In this document: positions 30,553 to 40,983 of the stretch, in pieces
Position numbering within the stretch: position 1 is the stretch's first letter
Layout: each line of letters begins with the position of its first letter
Source of the DNA: a bacterium
GTDB lineage: Bacteria > Fidelibacterota > Fidelibacteria > Fidelibacterales > Fidelibacteraceae
Reading direction: 5' to 3'
DNA length: 64,000 nt
Assembly: GCA_963676395.1 (NCBI GenBank)
Contig: OY781066.1
Location: forward strand, 2,144,001-2,208,000
Program-made: the position numbers and the translations under genes
The notes under the pieces: generated by a model
What the model saw: only the letters and a program-made list of their open reading frames with translations
What the model was told of the DNA's origin: nothing
Databases searched by the model: none

Positions 30553-31773
30553 CTACTTATTAGTTATTAGTTTCTTCGGAACGACCGCATCTAACATCTT
30601 AAGTTTTACATAATCGCCCCTGAAATAATAGTATCCAGGATGTACGCTTTGATAGGCATTTCGAGATGAATCTTTAATTAAAAACCAATCGACACCATTT
30701 AAATTCAAATAACCTACAATATGCACGGCATGATCATCACCGGTACTTTCGTTATTAATACGATATTCGCGAGCATCTTGGTTAATGCCTTCTTGTGAAA
30801 TGTCCGCGATCGGAATAAAAGCTATACCAGCATAACGATTATATCCCGGTTCGCTTGTATCACCGCCTATTGGTACCGAATAACCGGCATTGAGTGCCTT
30901 AATGATCGTTTCGTAGAATTTATCAATAGGTAAATTGTAAAATTCTTTTCCTTTCCACCAATGATCAGGGAAAGGGAGGTGATGATATTCATTAAAAGGA
31001 AAGCTAAGAGTCGATTGGATTCCGGTATATTTATCAGAATTAAATTTTATCACCTTCCGGTTAAAGTTTCTGGGAGAATAAGTTTTACCTTCAAATTTAA
31101 ATTCTCTTGGAATAGCTCCCAGATGTTTATCAAGAATACCTAAGATGGCCGACAATGAGGGTCTGATGTCCCAAATATTGTTATTTTTTAGAAAGTTAAG
31201 ATAGGCATTAAGTTCATCGTATAAAGGCCCCGTATCGTATCCGTCTACTGAAAAATTGCCGTTATAAACTTCCTCGGGGATAAGACCAAATTCTTCTATG
31301 ACTTTAAATGTTCCGTTGATTTGAGATCCTGTTCGTATGGTATGCTCACCACGAGATTCAATAAAATGTCGACATTTTTGGTAGGCATCCCAATAAATAA
31401 TATGCATAACGGAAAGTTTAATTTTTTTACCTTGCTGACGATATAGTTCCGATTCGATAAATGATATTCCCGAATGCGCCCAACAAGAGCTTGTAAGACC
31501 TTGATGTTTAGGTGGAAAATGAAAAAAAGATTCAAATTCTTCAGTTGAATTAGGTAATTCAATTCCATTCATTGAAGCAAATAGTTTGTTGTATTTTACA
31601 TCTTCCCAAGATGAAATGATTTTGTCGGTTTGCGCTTGATCCTCAGCTATCTTTGCATTTCGAATCTCTTTGAGTTTGGCATGAACCGGATCTATATACT
31701 TTTCTTTGTAAATGAGATTACTTTGCGCAAAGAGCAAAGAAATCAGAGAAAAGATAATGATGAGTTTTTTCAT
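30553..31773 (-). CDS. Secreted C1 family cysteine peptidase (aminopeptidase C-like)
   Basis: Signal peptide; QGLTSSCW (catalytic Cys), DHAVHIVG (His), IKDS. Confidence 0.88.
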   Translation of the reverse strand: MKKLIIIFSLISLLFAQSNLIYKEKYIDPVHAKLKEIRNAKIAEDQAQTDKIISSWEDVKYNKLFASMNGIELPNSTEEFESFFHFPPKHQGLTSSCWAHSGISFIESELYRQQGKKIKLSVMHIIYWDAYQKCRHFIESRGEHTIRTGSQINGTFKVIEEFGLIPEEVYNGNFSVDGYDTGPLYDELNAYLNFLKNNNIWDIRPSLSAILGILDKHLGAIPREFKFEGKTYSPRNFNRKVIKFNSDKYTGIQSTLSFPFNEYHHLPFPDHWWKGKEFYNLPIDKFYETIIKALNAGYSVPIGGDTSEPGYNRYAGIAFIPIADISQEGINQDAREYRINNESTGDDHAVHIVGYLNLNGVDWFLIKDSSRNAYQSVHPGYYYFRGDYVKLKMLDAVVPKKLITNK

Positions 31774-31774
31774 G

Positions 31775-32557
31775 TTAATTCCTTTTTAATAAAAATGATT
31801 CAAATTCCTTAAGCATCTTTCTATGAATCACCGGATTACCCGCAACAATGGTTTTATCGCCGATCTTGTAGGGTAAACCGTCAAATTGTGAAACCACGCC
31901 TCCGGCCTCTTCAATGAGTAGAATACCGGCGGCAACGTCCCAAGGTTTAAGGTGTTGTTCCCAATATCCATCAAATGTTCCTGAAGCCGTAAAGGCCATA
32001 TCTAAAGCGGCTGAACCTGGTCGACGTATTCCTTGAACTAATTTGTGGAAGTGATCAAATTCTTTCAAATTATTATCCGGATTCGTTGGATAATCGTAGG
32101 GAAAACCGGTTGCAAACATACATTCTTTCCATTTCGTACTGCTTGACACTTTTATTCTACTTCCATTAAGAAAAGAGCCTTCTCCTTTTTGTGCCTCGAA
32201 AAGATAATTTATAATGGGATTGTAAACATAGCCATGGGTTGCAACTCCATCTTCATAAAGTGCCAAAGAAATGCAAACGAATGGCAAACCATGGACGAAA
32301 TTTACCGTACCGTCAATAGGATCTATGATCCATAGCTTATCCGCTTCTTTCATTTTATTGTCGGTTTCTTCAGAAAGATATTTCGAACCGGGAAGCAGTT
32401 TTGAAAGTCTATCCATTAAGTAAGCTTCAACCTGACGATCTACCTCAGTGACAAGATCCACTTCGGTTGATTTACTGTCTACCTTTTTCTTAGTATGAAT
32501 ACGATCAGAAATGATCTTACCTGCATCTTCTAAAATTGATACGATCTTATCACGCAT
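31775..32557 (-). CDS. suhB: Inositol monophosphatase family protein (SuhB-like)
   Basis: DLVTEVD, WIIDPIDGTVNF, GSAALD, WDVAAG; start moved to ATG 32557 after AGGAG. Confidence 0.9.
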   Translation of the reverse strand: MRDKIVSILEDAGKIISDRIHTKKKVDSKSTEVDLVTEVDRQVEAYLMDRLSKLLPGSKYLSEETDNKMKEADKLWIIDPIDGTVNFVHGLPFVCISLALYEDGVATHGYVYNPIINYLFEAQKGEGSFLNGSRIKVSSSTKWKECMFATGFPYDYPTNPDNNLKEFDHFHKLVQGIRRPGSAALDMAFTASGTFDGYWEQHLKPWDVAAGILLIEEAGGVVSQFDGLPYKIGDKTIVAGNPVIHRKMLKEFESFLLKRN

Positions 32558-32651
32558 AGGACTCCTAAAATATAATGTTGAATTATAAGACAATGATAAG
32601 AAAGAAACAAGCGGGAGATTGGAAGAGTTGAGCGAGAAAACGATTACAAAA

Positions 32652-32683
32652 AAGAAAGGAATGCTTGTAAGCATTCCTTTCTT
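32652..32683 (-). terminator. Intrinsic terminator after amidase gene
   Basis: aagaaaggaatgct-tgta-agcattcctttctt, T-rich tail on minus strand. Confidence 0.8.
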
Positions 32684-32702
32684 GTGTATTAAGATTTATG
32701 AT

Positions 32703-35378
32703 TTATTTAACGAGCAACATTTTTTGGCTCATTGTTCCCATTCTGGTTTGTAGTTTTGCAACATAAATACCTGAAGGAAGAGGTCCAGCATTAAAGTTTA
32801 CATTATAAGAACCGGCCATTTGGTTCTCGTGAACTAATGTTGCAATCAAGCGACCATGAACATTGTAGACAGAAAGATTTACATCGCTTGGTTGATCCAA
32901 TGTGTAATTCAAAGTAGTTGAAGGATTGAAGGGGTTAGGGTAATTCTGTGATAGTGAGAATCCTGAAGGAATTTCCACATCATCAATGGCAACACCACCG
33001 GGTGTCATAACCGTAAGATCTTCAATGTAAATAGTTCCTTCGGCTGTTCCTGTGCTATCAACATATTCAATTTGGAACGAATCGAAACTCAGTTGTCCAT
33101 CTAACGTTCCATCAGAAACACCTTCCCAAGTACCGGTTTCGCCTTGGCGTAGATCCCATCTGATCAGTTTCCAACCGAGGAAGTCGATATTATACCATGG
33201 ACTGACTTCTGAACTACCTGAGCCGTCAGGGTCATCAACGGCAAAACGGAATTTATTATTTGATCCGTCACCAAAAACCCAAGCTTGCATAACATCACCG
33301 TTATCAAATTTTTTCGAAGCCGGAGTACTGGCGCCATTTAGCCATTGTCTGTAAAAACCGGTTTCAGCTTCGGAATCGAATTTATAGTAGAGTTTCATCG
33401 AAGAAGTGCTACCATTGCAATGGTTGACAACCTCAGTATCTGCAATTCTTTCACCTGCGATCAAATTGCTATTGCTTCCACTAAAGTCCCAGTTTTTCCA
33501 ATTGCCGGTTACGGATGCAGATGTAAAGGCGTCGATAATAAGTGTATCGGCATAATAAGGAATATTGGAATTAATGATGATGCTTGAAGTTTGTCTTGTT
33601 GTTGTAGTATTATCAAAAAGGTCAGAGATTCCTTGATAAATAATTCTCATATATTGATTAGAACGTTGTAATTCTTGCGTGGGGAAGAGGGATACAACCG
33701 TTTGCCCATTTACAGTATAAGAATCAAATTCAAAAGGTATTTCAATATCATCACCGGTAGTACGGTAGAATCGATATTTATCTTTTAGATTTGTTGGTAC
33801 ATCGATCACTTCGTCATATACATATGAAATAATAGGTTGTAGGTCAGAATACCTCTGGTTTCTACTAGGATACCATACTGCGATTTTAGGAGCAAAAATA
33901 TCTTTTGGACTTGTTGTAAAGTTTAATACAAAATCATCTCCGGCAATACCGTCACCATTCCCATCTAAATTCTGATCTCTGTTACCAGTAATACTATCGG
34001 CGTTAAGAGTAATAGTGTATGCTGTTTCGACTTCAAGACTGTCATTAACAGCTGTTAGTGACAGAATTTTATTGTTTGAAGACCAAGTAAAGTTTAAATC
34101 AATTGCAGGGACAATCGAGAATCCGCTTTTTACCGCAGCTGTATCCATGCTGTGTGAGAACTCCAAGCTAACAGCTTCCCATGCAGGATGTTCCGATTCG
34201 TTGTTTTTAGGTGTAAACTTTTTTACATAAGGTGCTGCCGAAGAGGTCATATACAAGTTTTTAGTCCAGAAAAATTTTGAAGAATCAACAGTAATGGTCG
34301 TTGTGTCAGTCCAGTAACCTGGCGCTTCATAAATTAATTCATAATCTCCATAAGCTAAACTATCGAACAGATAAAAACCGTTATTTCTATTGTAACCATG
34401 ATTATTATTATAGCCGTTCATATAATAATCGTAATTACCTGAATTATCAATCGCCGCCCAGTTGGTTGCGCTGATAGGTGAACCTGTTGTGATCTGTGAC
34501 CATTGAGGAGTGTATTCATCAATATACATGGTTCTATTTCCGTAATACACTTTTGCTGCACTTGTATCACCAATGGGATAAATTGTCATTTTAATGCTAT
34601 CAATAGGTTGATACTGATCATTGCTGCCACTGAGATATTCGTAATCTGTCAGGTTTTCTTTTGTCCTGACGATTCCGGCAAGGTTTACCATTTTTGGTAG
34701 GGGTTCGCCATAATATTGCAAAAATGCCAATGCCATAGCCCAGGCATCATTGATACGATAATCTAGATTTTGTAGACGATATGTGTTGGGCCAATAATCA
34801 TGAAAAGAACTTTCAGACAAAACACCGGGGATATCTAAATAACGAAAAACACCTAAATAATTACGATTATTTCCATAAAACGTATAATCACCTGCATGCC
34901 AATAACTTGTTGTTTGACAGGCATCCACGATGTTGCTTCCCATATAATTTGACATTGCCAGGGCGCCGGAATAATGTGTTTGGCTCGGGTTCATGATCGG
35001 ATCTCCGGTAAAACCTGAATATAACATTAGAGTAGAATTTCCACCTGAGGCATTGGTATGAGTAGAATGAAACCAATCACAGTTTTGGTTTGTAGCGTCA
35101 GATCCAAGACTTGATAAAGCTGATCCATCGGATGTACGATTATGTCTACGAGAGAGAACGACATTAGCGCCCCAACGCTCAAGAACGGTTTCCATTACCA
35201 AAGCTCGAGTTAGATTACCTTCTGATTCCCAAAAACCGGCATCATTGATTGGTGGTCTATCACCTGAATCGTGCCCACCGTGGCCGGGGTTTAAGTAAAT
35301 TTTCTTTCCATTTAAGTTTTGTGCAGAAAGAATACTTAGCATTGCGAGTAGTATAATAAATATTTTTTTCATGTTCAT
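32703..35378 (-). CDS. Secreted N-acetylmuramoyl-L-alanine amidase with Ig-like domains and T9SS-type C-terminal domain
   Basis: IYLNPGHGG, WESEGN, STHTNA, VLSESSFHD (Amidase_3); Ig-like repeats; LSQNYPNPFNP...QKMLLVK. Confidence 0.88.
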   Translation of the reverse strand: MNMKKIFIILLAMLSILSAQNLNGKKIYLNPGHGGHDSGDRPPINDAGFWESEGNLTRALVMETVLERWGANVVLSRRHNRTSDGSALSSLGSDATNQNCDWFHSTHTNASGGNSTLMLYSGFTGDPIMNPSQTHYSGALAMSNYMGSNIVDACQTTSYWHAGDYTFYGNNRNYLGVFRYLDIPGVLSESSFHDYWPNTYRLQNLDYRINDAWAMALAFLQYYGEPLPKMVNLAGIVRTKENLTDYEYLSGSNDQYQPIDSIKMTIYPIGDTSAAKVYYGNRTMYIDEYTPQWSQITTGSPISATNWAAIDNSGNYDYYMNGYNNNHGYNRNNGFYLFDSLAYGDYELIYEAPGYWTDTTTITVDSSKFFWTKNLYMTSSAAPYVKKFTPKNNESEHPAWEAVSLEFSHSMDTAAVKSGFSIVPAIDLNFTWSSNNKILSLTAVNDSLEVETAYTITLNADSITGNRDQNLDGNGDGIAGDDFVLNFTTSPKDIFAPKIAVWYPSRNQRYSDLQPIISYVYDEVIDVPTNLKDKYRFYRTTGDDIEIPFEFDSYTVNGQTVVSLFPTQELQRSNQYMRIIYQGISDLFDNTTTTRQTSSIIINSNIPYYADTLIIDAFTSASVTGNWKNWDFSGSNSNLIAGERIADTEVVNHCNGSTSSMKLYYKFDSEAETGFYRQWLNGASTPASKKFDNGDVMQAWVFGDGSNNKFRFAVDDPDGSGSSEVSPWYNIDFLGWKLIRWDLRQGETGTWEGVSDGTLDGQLSFDSFQIEYVDSTGTAEGTIYIEDLTVMTPGGVAIDDVEIPSGFSLSQNYPNPFNPSTTLNYTLDQPSDVNLSVYNVHGRLIATLVHENQMAGSYNVNFNAGPLPSGIYVAKLQTRMGTMSQKMLLVK

Positions 35379-35381
35379 TCC

Positions 35382-36266
35382 TTACTTGATATCTAAAGTT
35401 ATGATCATGATCTTATCTTCCTGAGCGTCTTCACATACGATTTTTTTACCGTCAGGTGACCACGATGGATACATTTCCATATTGTCTTTAGTGTGTGTTA
35501 ATTGAAATACTTCTCCGTCAGCTACGCGAACAAGAAATAGATCGGAAGAAACAAAGACATGCCCATCATCAGAATCGCGCATAAACACGATCCATTTACC
35601 ATCAGGTGACCATTTGGGAGCACGAGCTTCTTCGACTTTCATTTTGATATTACCATAAAGATCCATGACATACAGATCATTTACATCAACAAAAGCAATA
35701 AGTTCGTTGTTTGGGGCAAACGATGGCCACAAATAGAATTTATCATCACCAAGAGGCTTTAACGATTTGCTGGTGCCGTATGTGTTAATAAGTAATGATC
35801 TGTTGTAAGAAATTACGTATGGTCTCGAAAGTGATGCTTTAGAAAGACTTTGGTCCATTTTTAAAACATCCTTTTCAATGAAATATATACCATGTTCAGT
35901 AATTTTAGGTATAACATCCAATCTTTTCTTATCAATAAGTACAGTTGTTTTTTCATTTTTGGTGTCAAACTGTTTGACAGAATTCATTCTTAAGCCATCA
36001 ATATAACTGTCAATGCGATAGATGATTTTACCATCAATATCCATGACATAATCATATGCTGATTTTGAAAAATGTTTTAATGTTTTGTTCTCTAAATTGT
36101 AAATACTACCACCGTCAAGTGAGTTGAATACAATGTTTTTTCCATCTGCACTAAAAATAGGTTGTATAGTATTATCGCCAAGTTTAAGTGATTGAATATC
36201 AGTCACATCAACTTTGGCGAAAAGGGCCGCTGCGAACAGCATAAGTATGAGTACACTTTTTTTCAT
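35382..36266 (-). CDS. Secreted TolB-like (PD40) beta-propeller protein
   Basis: PIFSADGK, PKWSPDGK, PSWSPDGK; start moved to ATG 36266 after GGAGG; signal peptide. Confidence 0.85.
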   Translation of the reverse strand: MKKSVLILMLFAAALFAKVDVTDIQSLKLGDNTIQPIFSADGKNIVFNSLDGGSIYNLENKTLKHFSKSAYDYVMDIDGKIIYRIDSYIDGLRMNSVKQFDTKNEKTTVLIDKKRLDVIPKITEHGIYFIEKDVLKMDQSLSKASLSRPYVISYNRSLLINTYGTSKSLKPLGDDKFYLWPSFAPNNELIAFVDVNDLYVMDLYGNIKMKVEEARAPKWSPDGKWIVFMRDSDDGHVFVSSDLFLVRVADGEVFQLTHTKDNMEMYPSWSPDGKKIVCEDAQEDKIMIITLDIK

Positions 36267-36437
36267 GTAATCCTCCAAATCAATTAGTCGGTTAAATCGC
36301 GTTAATATAAATTTTAATTCATGTATTTCCAACTTAAAGCGAAGAAAATTGTTTCAATTAATATTATTGAAGAAAATAAAAAAATGTAAGGGGGCGACCT
36401 ATATGTCTATTCAGATAAATGATAATTTATGTATAAT

Positions 36438-36477
36438 AAATTGAAAGAGCGGACACGTAGGTCCGCTCTTTCAATTT
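36438..36477 (-). terminator. 17-bp perfect hairpin after lat, with REP-like core
   Basis: aaattgaaagagcggac-acgtag-gtccgctctttcaattt. Confidence 0.75.
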
Positions 36478-36499
36478 CGTTATGACGAATATTGGTTGT

Positions 36500-37807
36500 T
36501 TACATTTCTTTAAGTACTTTGCGAATTACATCACAACCGTGATCAATTTCTTCTTTGGAAACATTTAAATGGGGACGGAAGCGCATAGATTTATCTCCGC
36601 AGAGGAGTATCATGACTTTATTATCCCACATTTTACCAAGGAATTTGTCACGTTTTTCGCCTGTAGGCAGATCAAACGCGCACATCAATCCTTTACCGCG
36701 AACATTGGAGATCAATGCAGGATAGTCGGCTTCGATCTTTTTGAGTTCTTCAAGAAGATAAGCGCCTGTTTCGGCTGCTTTTTCTACGAGGTTTTCTTTT
36801 TCGATGACTTCGAGTGTGAATTTAAAACGAAGCATATCTATCAAGTTACCACCCCATGTTGAGTTGATACGGCTTGATTCTACAAAAACGTTATCTTTAA
36901 TTTCATCTAATTTAGGTCCGGCAAGAATACCACATACCTGAGTTTTTTTACCAAAAGAGATAATGTCAGGTTTGACACCATAGTTTTGGTGTGCCCAGAA
37001 TTTTCCGGTCAAACCAACACCACTTTGAACTTCGTCAAAGATCAATAGAATATCATTTGCATCACAAATGTCGCGCATAGCCTGGAAGAAGCTTTCACTG
37101 AAGTGGTTGTCTCCACCTTCACCCTGAATAGGTTCGATGATCATACAAGCGATATCCTTTGCTTCCTTGGCAACGACATCTTTGATCTCGGCCAAGGCTT
37201 TGGCTTCGAGTGCTTCGTTGGCTTCTTTATTATCTTCCAAGGGAAAAGTCAATTTAGGATTGGTTACGCGTGGCCAATCGAACATTGGGAAATACTGAGT
37301 CTTGCGTGGATCTGAAGTATTGGTCAATGAGAGAGTATAGCCTGTACGTCCATGGAAAGCTTGTTTGAAATGTAGGACTTTCAAGCCAACCCATTCGGTT
37401 TCGCCTTTTTCAAAGTTCTTGCGGACTTTCCAGTCAAACGCGGTTTTTAGAGCGTTTTCTACAGCCAAGCCACCACCCGAAACAAAAAATGCTTTTGGTA
37501 GGTAATCCGGAATACCAACGCGTGAGAAGGTGTCCATAAAATCGGCCATTTCTTCGGAATAAATATCTGAATTGGTCGGTTTGTTAACAGCTACGCGAGC
37601 GAACTCATCTTTCTTGGATACCAAATAGGGATGGTTGAATCCAATAGAAAGAGACGCGAACATGGAAAAGAAATCTAAATATTCTTCGCCGTTTCGTTTG
37701 TCAACGAGCCAGGAACCATGTGATTTGTCAAGGTCTACAATGACGTCAAAACCGTCTGTAAGCATATGCTTGGCCAGAACCTTTTTAACTTCAGTTGCTT
37801 TTATCAT
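36500..37807 (-). CDS. lat: L-lysine 6-transaminase
   Basis: KHMLTDG, GGLAVENALKTAFDWKVR, EPIQGEGGD, FDEVQSG, SFGKK, SRINSTWGG. Confidence 0.92.
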   Translation of the reverse strand: MIKATEVKKVLAKHMLTDGFDVIVDLDKSHGSWLVDKRNGEEYLDFFSMFASLSIGFNHPYLVSKKDEFARVAVNKPTNSDIYSEEMADFMDTFSRVGIPDYLPKAFFVSGGGLAVENALKTAFDWKVRKNFEKGETEWVGLKVLHFKQAFHGRTGYTLSLTNTSDPRKTQYFPMFDWPRVTNPKLTFPLEDNKEANEALEAKALAEIKDVVAKEAKDIACMIIEPIQGEGGDNHFSESFFQAMRDICDANDILLIFDEVQSGVGLTGKFWAHQNYGVKPDIISFGKKTQVCGILAGPKLDEIKDNVFVESSRINSTWGGNLIDMLRFKFTLEVIEKENLVEKAAETGAYLLEELKKIEADYPALISNVRGKGLMCAFDLPTGEKRDKFLGKMWDNKVMILLCGDKSMRFRPHLNVSKEEIDHGCDVIRKVLKEM

Positions 37808-37842
37808 ATAGTCTCCTTTATTATTGGGCCTAAGCCACAGTT

Positions 37843-39381
37843 TTAAATATTAAATTTGATGCCTTGTGCGAGAGGCAAGTCTTTTGAGTAATTAATTGTG
37901 TTAGTTTGGCGACGCATGTAACCTTTCCAGGCATCGGAACCGGATTCACGACCGCCACCGGTTTCTTTTTCACCACCGAAAGCGCCACCAATCTCAGCAC
38001 CGGAGGTACCGATGTTAATATTAGCGATACCACAGTCCGAACCACGGCAAGAAAGAAAAAGTTCAGCTTCACGGACATCTTGAGTAAAGATAGCCGATGA
38101 AAGTCCTTGAACCACATCATTCTGGATGGCAATAGCGTTTTCTACATCACCTTTGTATTTCAGTAAATACAGGATAGGTGCAAAGGTTTCTTCCTGAATG
38201 ATAGGCATAGAGTTGATACCTTCGACGATCGTTGGTTTTACATAAGTGCCTGTTTCGTAATCTTTACCGTTTAATACCTGGTTTCCGCATAGGATTTTTC
38301 CGCCTTGCTCTTTCGCAGCAGCGATAGCATCTGAGTACATTTGAGCTGCATCGGTATCAATGAGGGGACCAACATGGTTTGTTTCATCCATAGGTGATCC
38401 GATCTTGAGTGATTTATAAGCTTTTACCAATGATTTTTTAACCTGATCGTACATGTCTTCGTGAATGATCACACGGCGTGTTGATGTACAACGTTGTCCG
38501 GCTGTTCCAACGGCACCAAATACGATACCCGGGATAGCAAGTTTAAGATCGGCATTCTTGGTAACAATAATAGCGTTGTTACCGCCAAGTTCGCAGATGA
38601 CCTTACCGAATCGTGAAGCAACCACTTCATTCGCATGGCGACCGACACGTGTTGAACCGGTAATAGAGATCAAAGCAACTTCTTTATCTTGAAGCATCGC
38701 TTCACCAACGTCACGACCTGAGCCGATCACAAGGTTAAAGATACCTTCGGGTAGGTCATTTTCTTTTAAAACTTCAGCAACGATCTTTTGAGTTGCGATA
38801 GCTGTCAAAGGAACTTTTGATGAAGGTTTCCAAATACATACATCACCGCAAACAGCTGCCAGCATAGCATTCCAGGCCCATACGGCGACAGGGAAGTTAA
38901 AGGCTGAAATAATACCCACGATACCGATGGGATGATATTGATCATACATGCGGTGTTCGGGGCGTTCTGAATGCATGGTAGAACCGTAAAGCTGTCGTGA
39001 TAGACCCACTGCAAAATCACATATGTCTATCATTTCCTGAACTTCGCCGTAACCTTCTTGTATGGATTTACCCATTTCAAGCGTTACAAGTTCACCGAGT
39101 TCTTCTTTATATTCGCGCAGTTTTAAGCCAATTTGACGAACGATTTCACCGCGTTGTGGAGCGGGTATGTTGCGCCATACCGAAAATGCGCGAGAGGCCT
39201 GTTTTTTTACGGCCTGGTAATCTTCGTTAGAACAAGTTTGCACCTTAGCAAGATGCGTACCGTCGATAGGAGAAGAAATATCCAATGTTTTTGTAGCAGT
39301 TGATGCGACCCATTCGCGGCCAGTAGAACAACCACTGTTTGTTTTGTTAATACCAAGTTTTTTCAATAAAGTTGATGACAT
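37843..39381 (-). CDS. pcd: ALDH family 7, piperideine-6-carboxylate / alpha-aminoadipate semialdehyde dehydrogenase
   Basis: GEVQEMIDICDFAVGLSRQL, ELGGNN, GQRCT, GAEIGGAFGGEKETGGGRESGSD; adjacent to lat. Confidence 0.9.
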   Translation of the reverse strand: MSSTLLKKLGINKTNSGCSTGREWVASTATKTLDISSPIDGTHLAKVQTCSNEDYQAVKKQASRAFSVWRNIPAPQRGEIVRQIGLKLREYKEELGELVTLEMGKSIQEGYGEVQEMIDICDFAVGLSRQLYGSTMHSERPEHRMYDQYHPIGIVGIISAFNFPVAVWAWNAMLAAVCGDVCIWKPSSKVPLTAIATQKIVAEVLKENDLPEGIFNLVIGSGRDVGEAMLQDKEVALISITGSTRVGRHANEVVASRFGKVICELGGNNAIIVTKNADLKLAIPGIVFGAVGTAGQRCTSTRRVIIHEDMYDQVKKSLVKAYKSLKIGSPMDETNHVGPLIDTDAAQMYSDAIAAAKEQGGKILCGNQVLNGKDYETGTYVKPTIVEGINSMPIIQEETFAPILYLLKYKGDVENAIAIQNDVVQGLSSAIFTQDVREAELFLSCRGSDCGIANINIGTSGAEIGGAFGGEKETGGGRESGSDAWKGYMRRQTNTINYSKDLPLAQGIKFNI

Positions 39382-39396
39382 GTTATAAACCTCCGC

Positions 39397-39873
39397 TTAA
39401 CTTCGTTTATACTTTACAAAGACAAATTCATCGTAATCTTCCGACGATTCTTTAGTCCAATGATCAAGGTCGAATATAGGAAAATAAACATCGCCCTCAT
39501 AGTCTTTTTTCACCCAAGAAATGTACAGGTAATCGGCATATGAAAGTGCATGTTCGTAGGTATAAGCTCCGCCCATAATAAATATGGGTTTTCCCAGTTT
39601 ATTGCCTTCGGCCAAAGCTTCTTCCAACGATCTGCAGACGATGAGATTATCATTGCTTTCCAGTGTAGGGGAGATCACAATGTTGTTTCTGTTGGGCAAA
39701 AAAGGTCTACGTAGCGATAAATAAGTATTGTGCCCCATTAAAACGGTATTTCCGGTAGTTTGGCGCTTAAAATGCTTTAGATCCTCGGAAATATGCCAAG
39801 GAAGCTCGTTACCCTTACCGATGAGGCGATCTTGAGTCATGCCGACGATGATATTGACGGGTTGTTTGGTCAT
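39397..39873 (-). CDS. folA: Dihydrofolate reductase
   Basis: IGKGNELPWHISEDLKHFK, LPNRNNIV, IMGG, GDVYFP. Confidence 0.96.
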   Translation of the reverse strand: MTKQPVNIIVGMTQDRLIGKGNELPWHISEDLKHFKRQTTGNTVLMGHNTYLSLRRPFLPNRNNIVISPTLESNDNLIVCRSLEEALAEGNKLGKPIFIMGGAYTYEHALSYADYLYISWVKKDYEGDVYFPIFDLDHWTKESSEDYDEFVFVKYKRS

Positions 39874-39893
39874 AAAATAATATCTCCATTTTA

Positions 39894-39920
39894 TAGGGTG
39901 CGGTCGTGATCGCGCTTTAC
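39894..39920. repeat. Degenerate REP-like palindrome between thyA and folA
   Basis: tagggtgcggtc-gt-gatcgcgctttac, similar to the 46250 copy. Confidence 0.5.
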
Positions 39921-39945
39921 CTACAATAATGTTAGAATTTGGGTT

Positions 39946-40812
39946 TTATACTGCCACTCCAAATTTGATCTTTGGTGCGGCTTCGTAATTGCTTAATTCA
40001 AAATCTTCAAAGCTTAATTCAGCCAGTGGTTTGTTTGCAATGCTCATGGTGGGTAATGGCCCCGGTGTTCGTGTCAATTGCTCTTTGAGTCCATCAATAT
40101 GATTTTCATAAATATGTGCATCAATAACAGTATGAGCAAATTCACCCGGCTCATAACCGCATTCCTGTGCCAGGATCATGGTTAATAAGGAATAGCAAGC
40201 CAAATTAAAAGGAATACCTAAAGCGATATCACCGGAGCGTTGGGTGAGGTGGCAGTTTAATTTATTGCCGCTGACATTAAAACAGAATGAATAATGACAA
40301 GGAGGCAATTTGCTTTCTGCGGCATTGCCCGGGTGCCATGCCGAAACCACCATGCGGCGAAGATTTGGAGTATTGGGATTGACCTTGATCTCTTTCAGTG
40401 TATCAATTACGAATTGGATCTGATCAAAGACTAAAGTTCCGGTTTCAGGATCGCGATAGGTCCACTTGGTTTTCCAGTTTTCACCGGGAAGATGACCTGT
40501 TTCGGGAACCGGGAAACGACGCCAGAAACGACCGTAAGCCGTTTCAAGAAGACCTTCTTCATCTGCCCACGCATCCCATATCTTTGTTTTAGTGCGTAGA
40601 TCCTTAATATGGTTTTCACCGCTTAAATACCAGAGTAATTCATGCAACATGGATTTATAGTACATTTTTTTAGTTGTCAAAAGAGGATAACCCTTGGAAA
40701 TATCCACTTTATAAAAGTAAGCGAAAGATGAAATGGTTGATACACCGGTTCGGTTGGTCTTTTTAACGCCATTCTCCAAAACATAATTTACCATATCAAG
40801 ATATTGTTGCAT
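39946..40812 (-). CDS. thyA: Thymidylate synthase
   Basis: PLLTTKK, ELLW, LPPCH, QRSGDIALGIPFN, DAHIYENH. Confidence 0.98.
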   Translation of the reverse strand: MQQYLDMVNYVLENGVKKTNRTGVSTISSFAYFYKVDISKGYPLLTTKKMYYKSMLHELLWYLSGENHIKDLRTKTKIWDAWADEEGLLETAYGRFWRRFPVPETGHLPGENWKTKWTYRDPETGTLVFDQIQFVIDTLKEIKVNPNTPNLRRMVVSAWHPGNAAESKLPPCHYSFCFNVSGNKLNCHLTQRSGDIALGIPFNLACYSLLTMILAQECGYEPGEFAHTVIDAHIYENHIDGLKEQLTRTPGPLPTMSIANKPLAELSFEDFELSNYEAAPKIKFGVAV

Positions 40813-40983
40813 GAAATTTGCTCCTCAGGTCTATTTAATTCAGTAGTGATATTAAGAAAAAAAATGGAAAAATACAATTTCAATCAATTATAAACTGTGA
40901 GCAATAAATGGGATTTGTAGTTAGGGAAAAGCCAAAAAATACATTTAGCTTGTTTTTAATAGTGATATAAAACGTATTGATAG

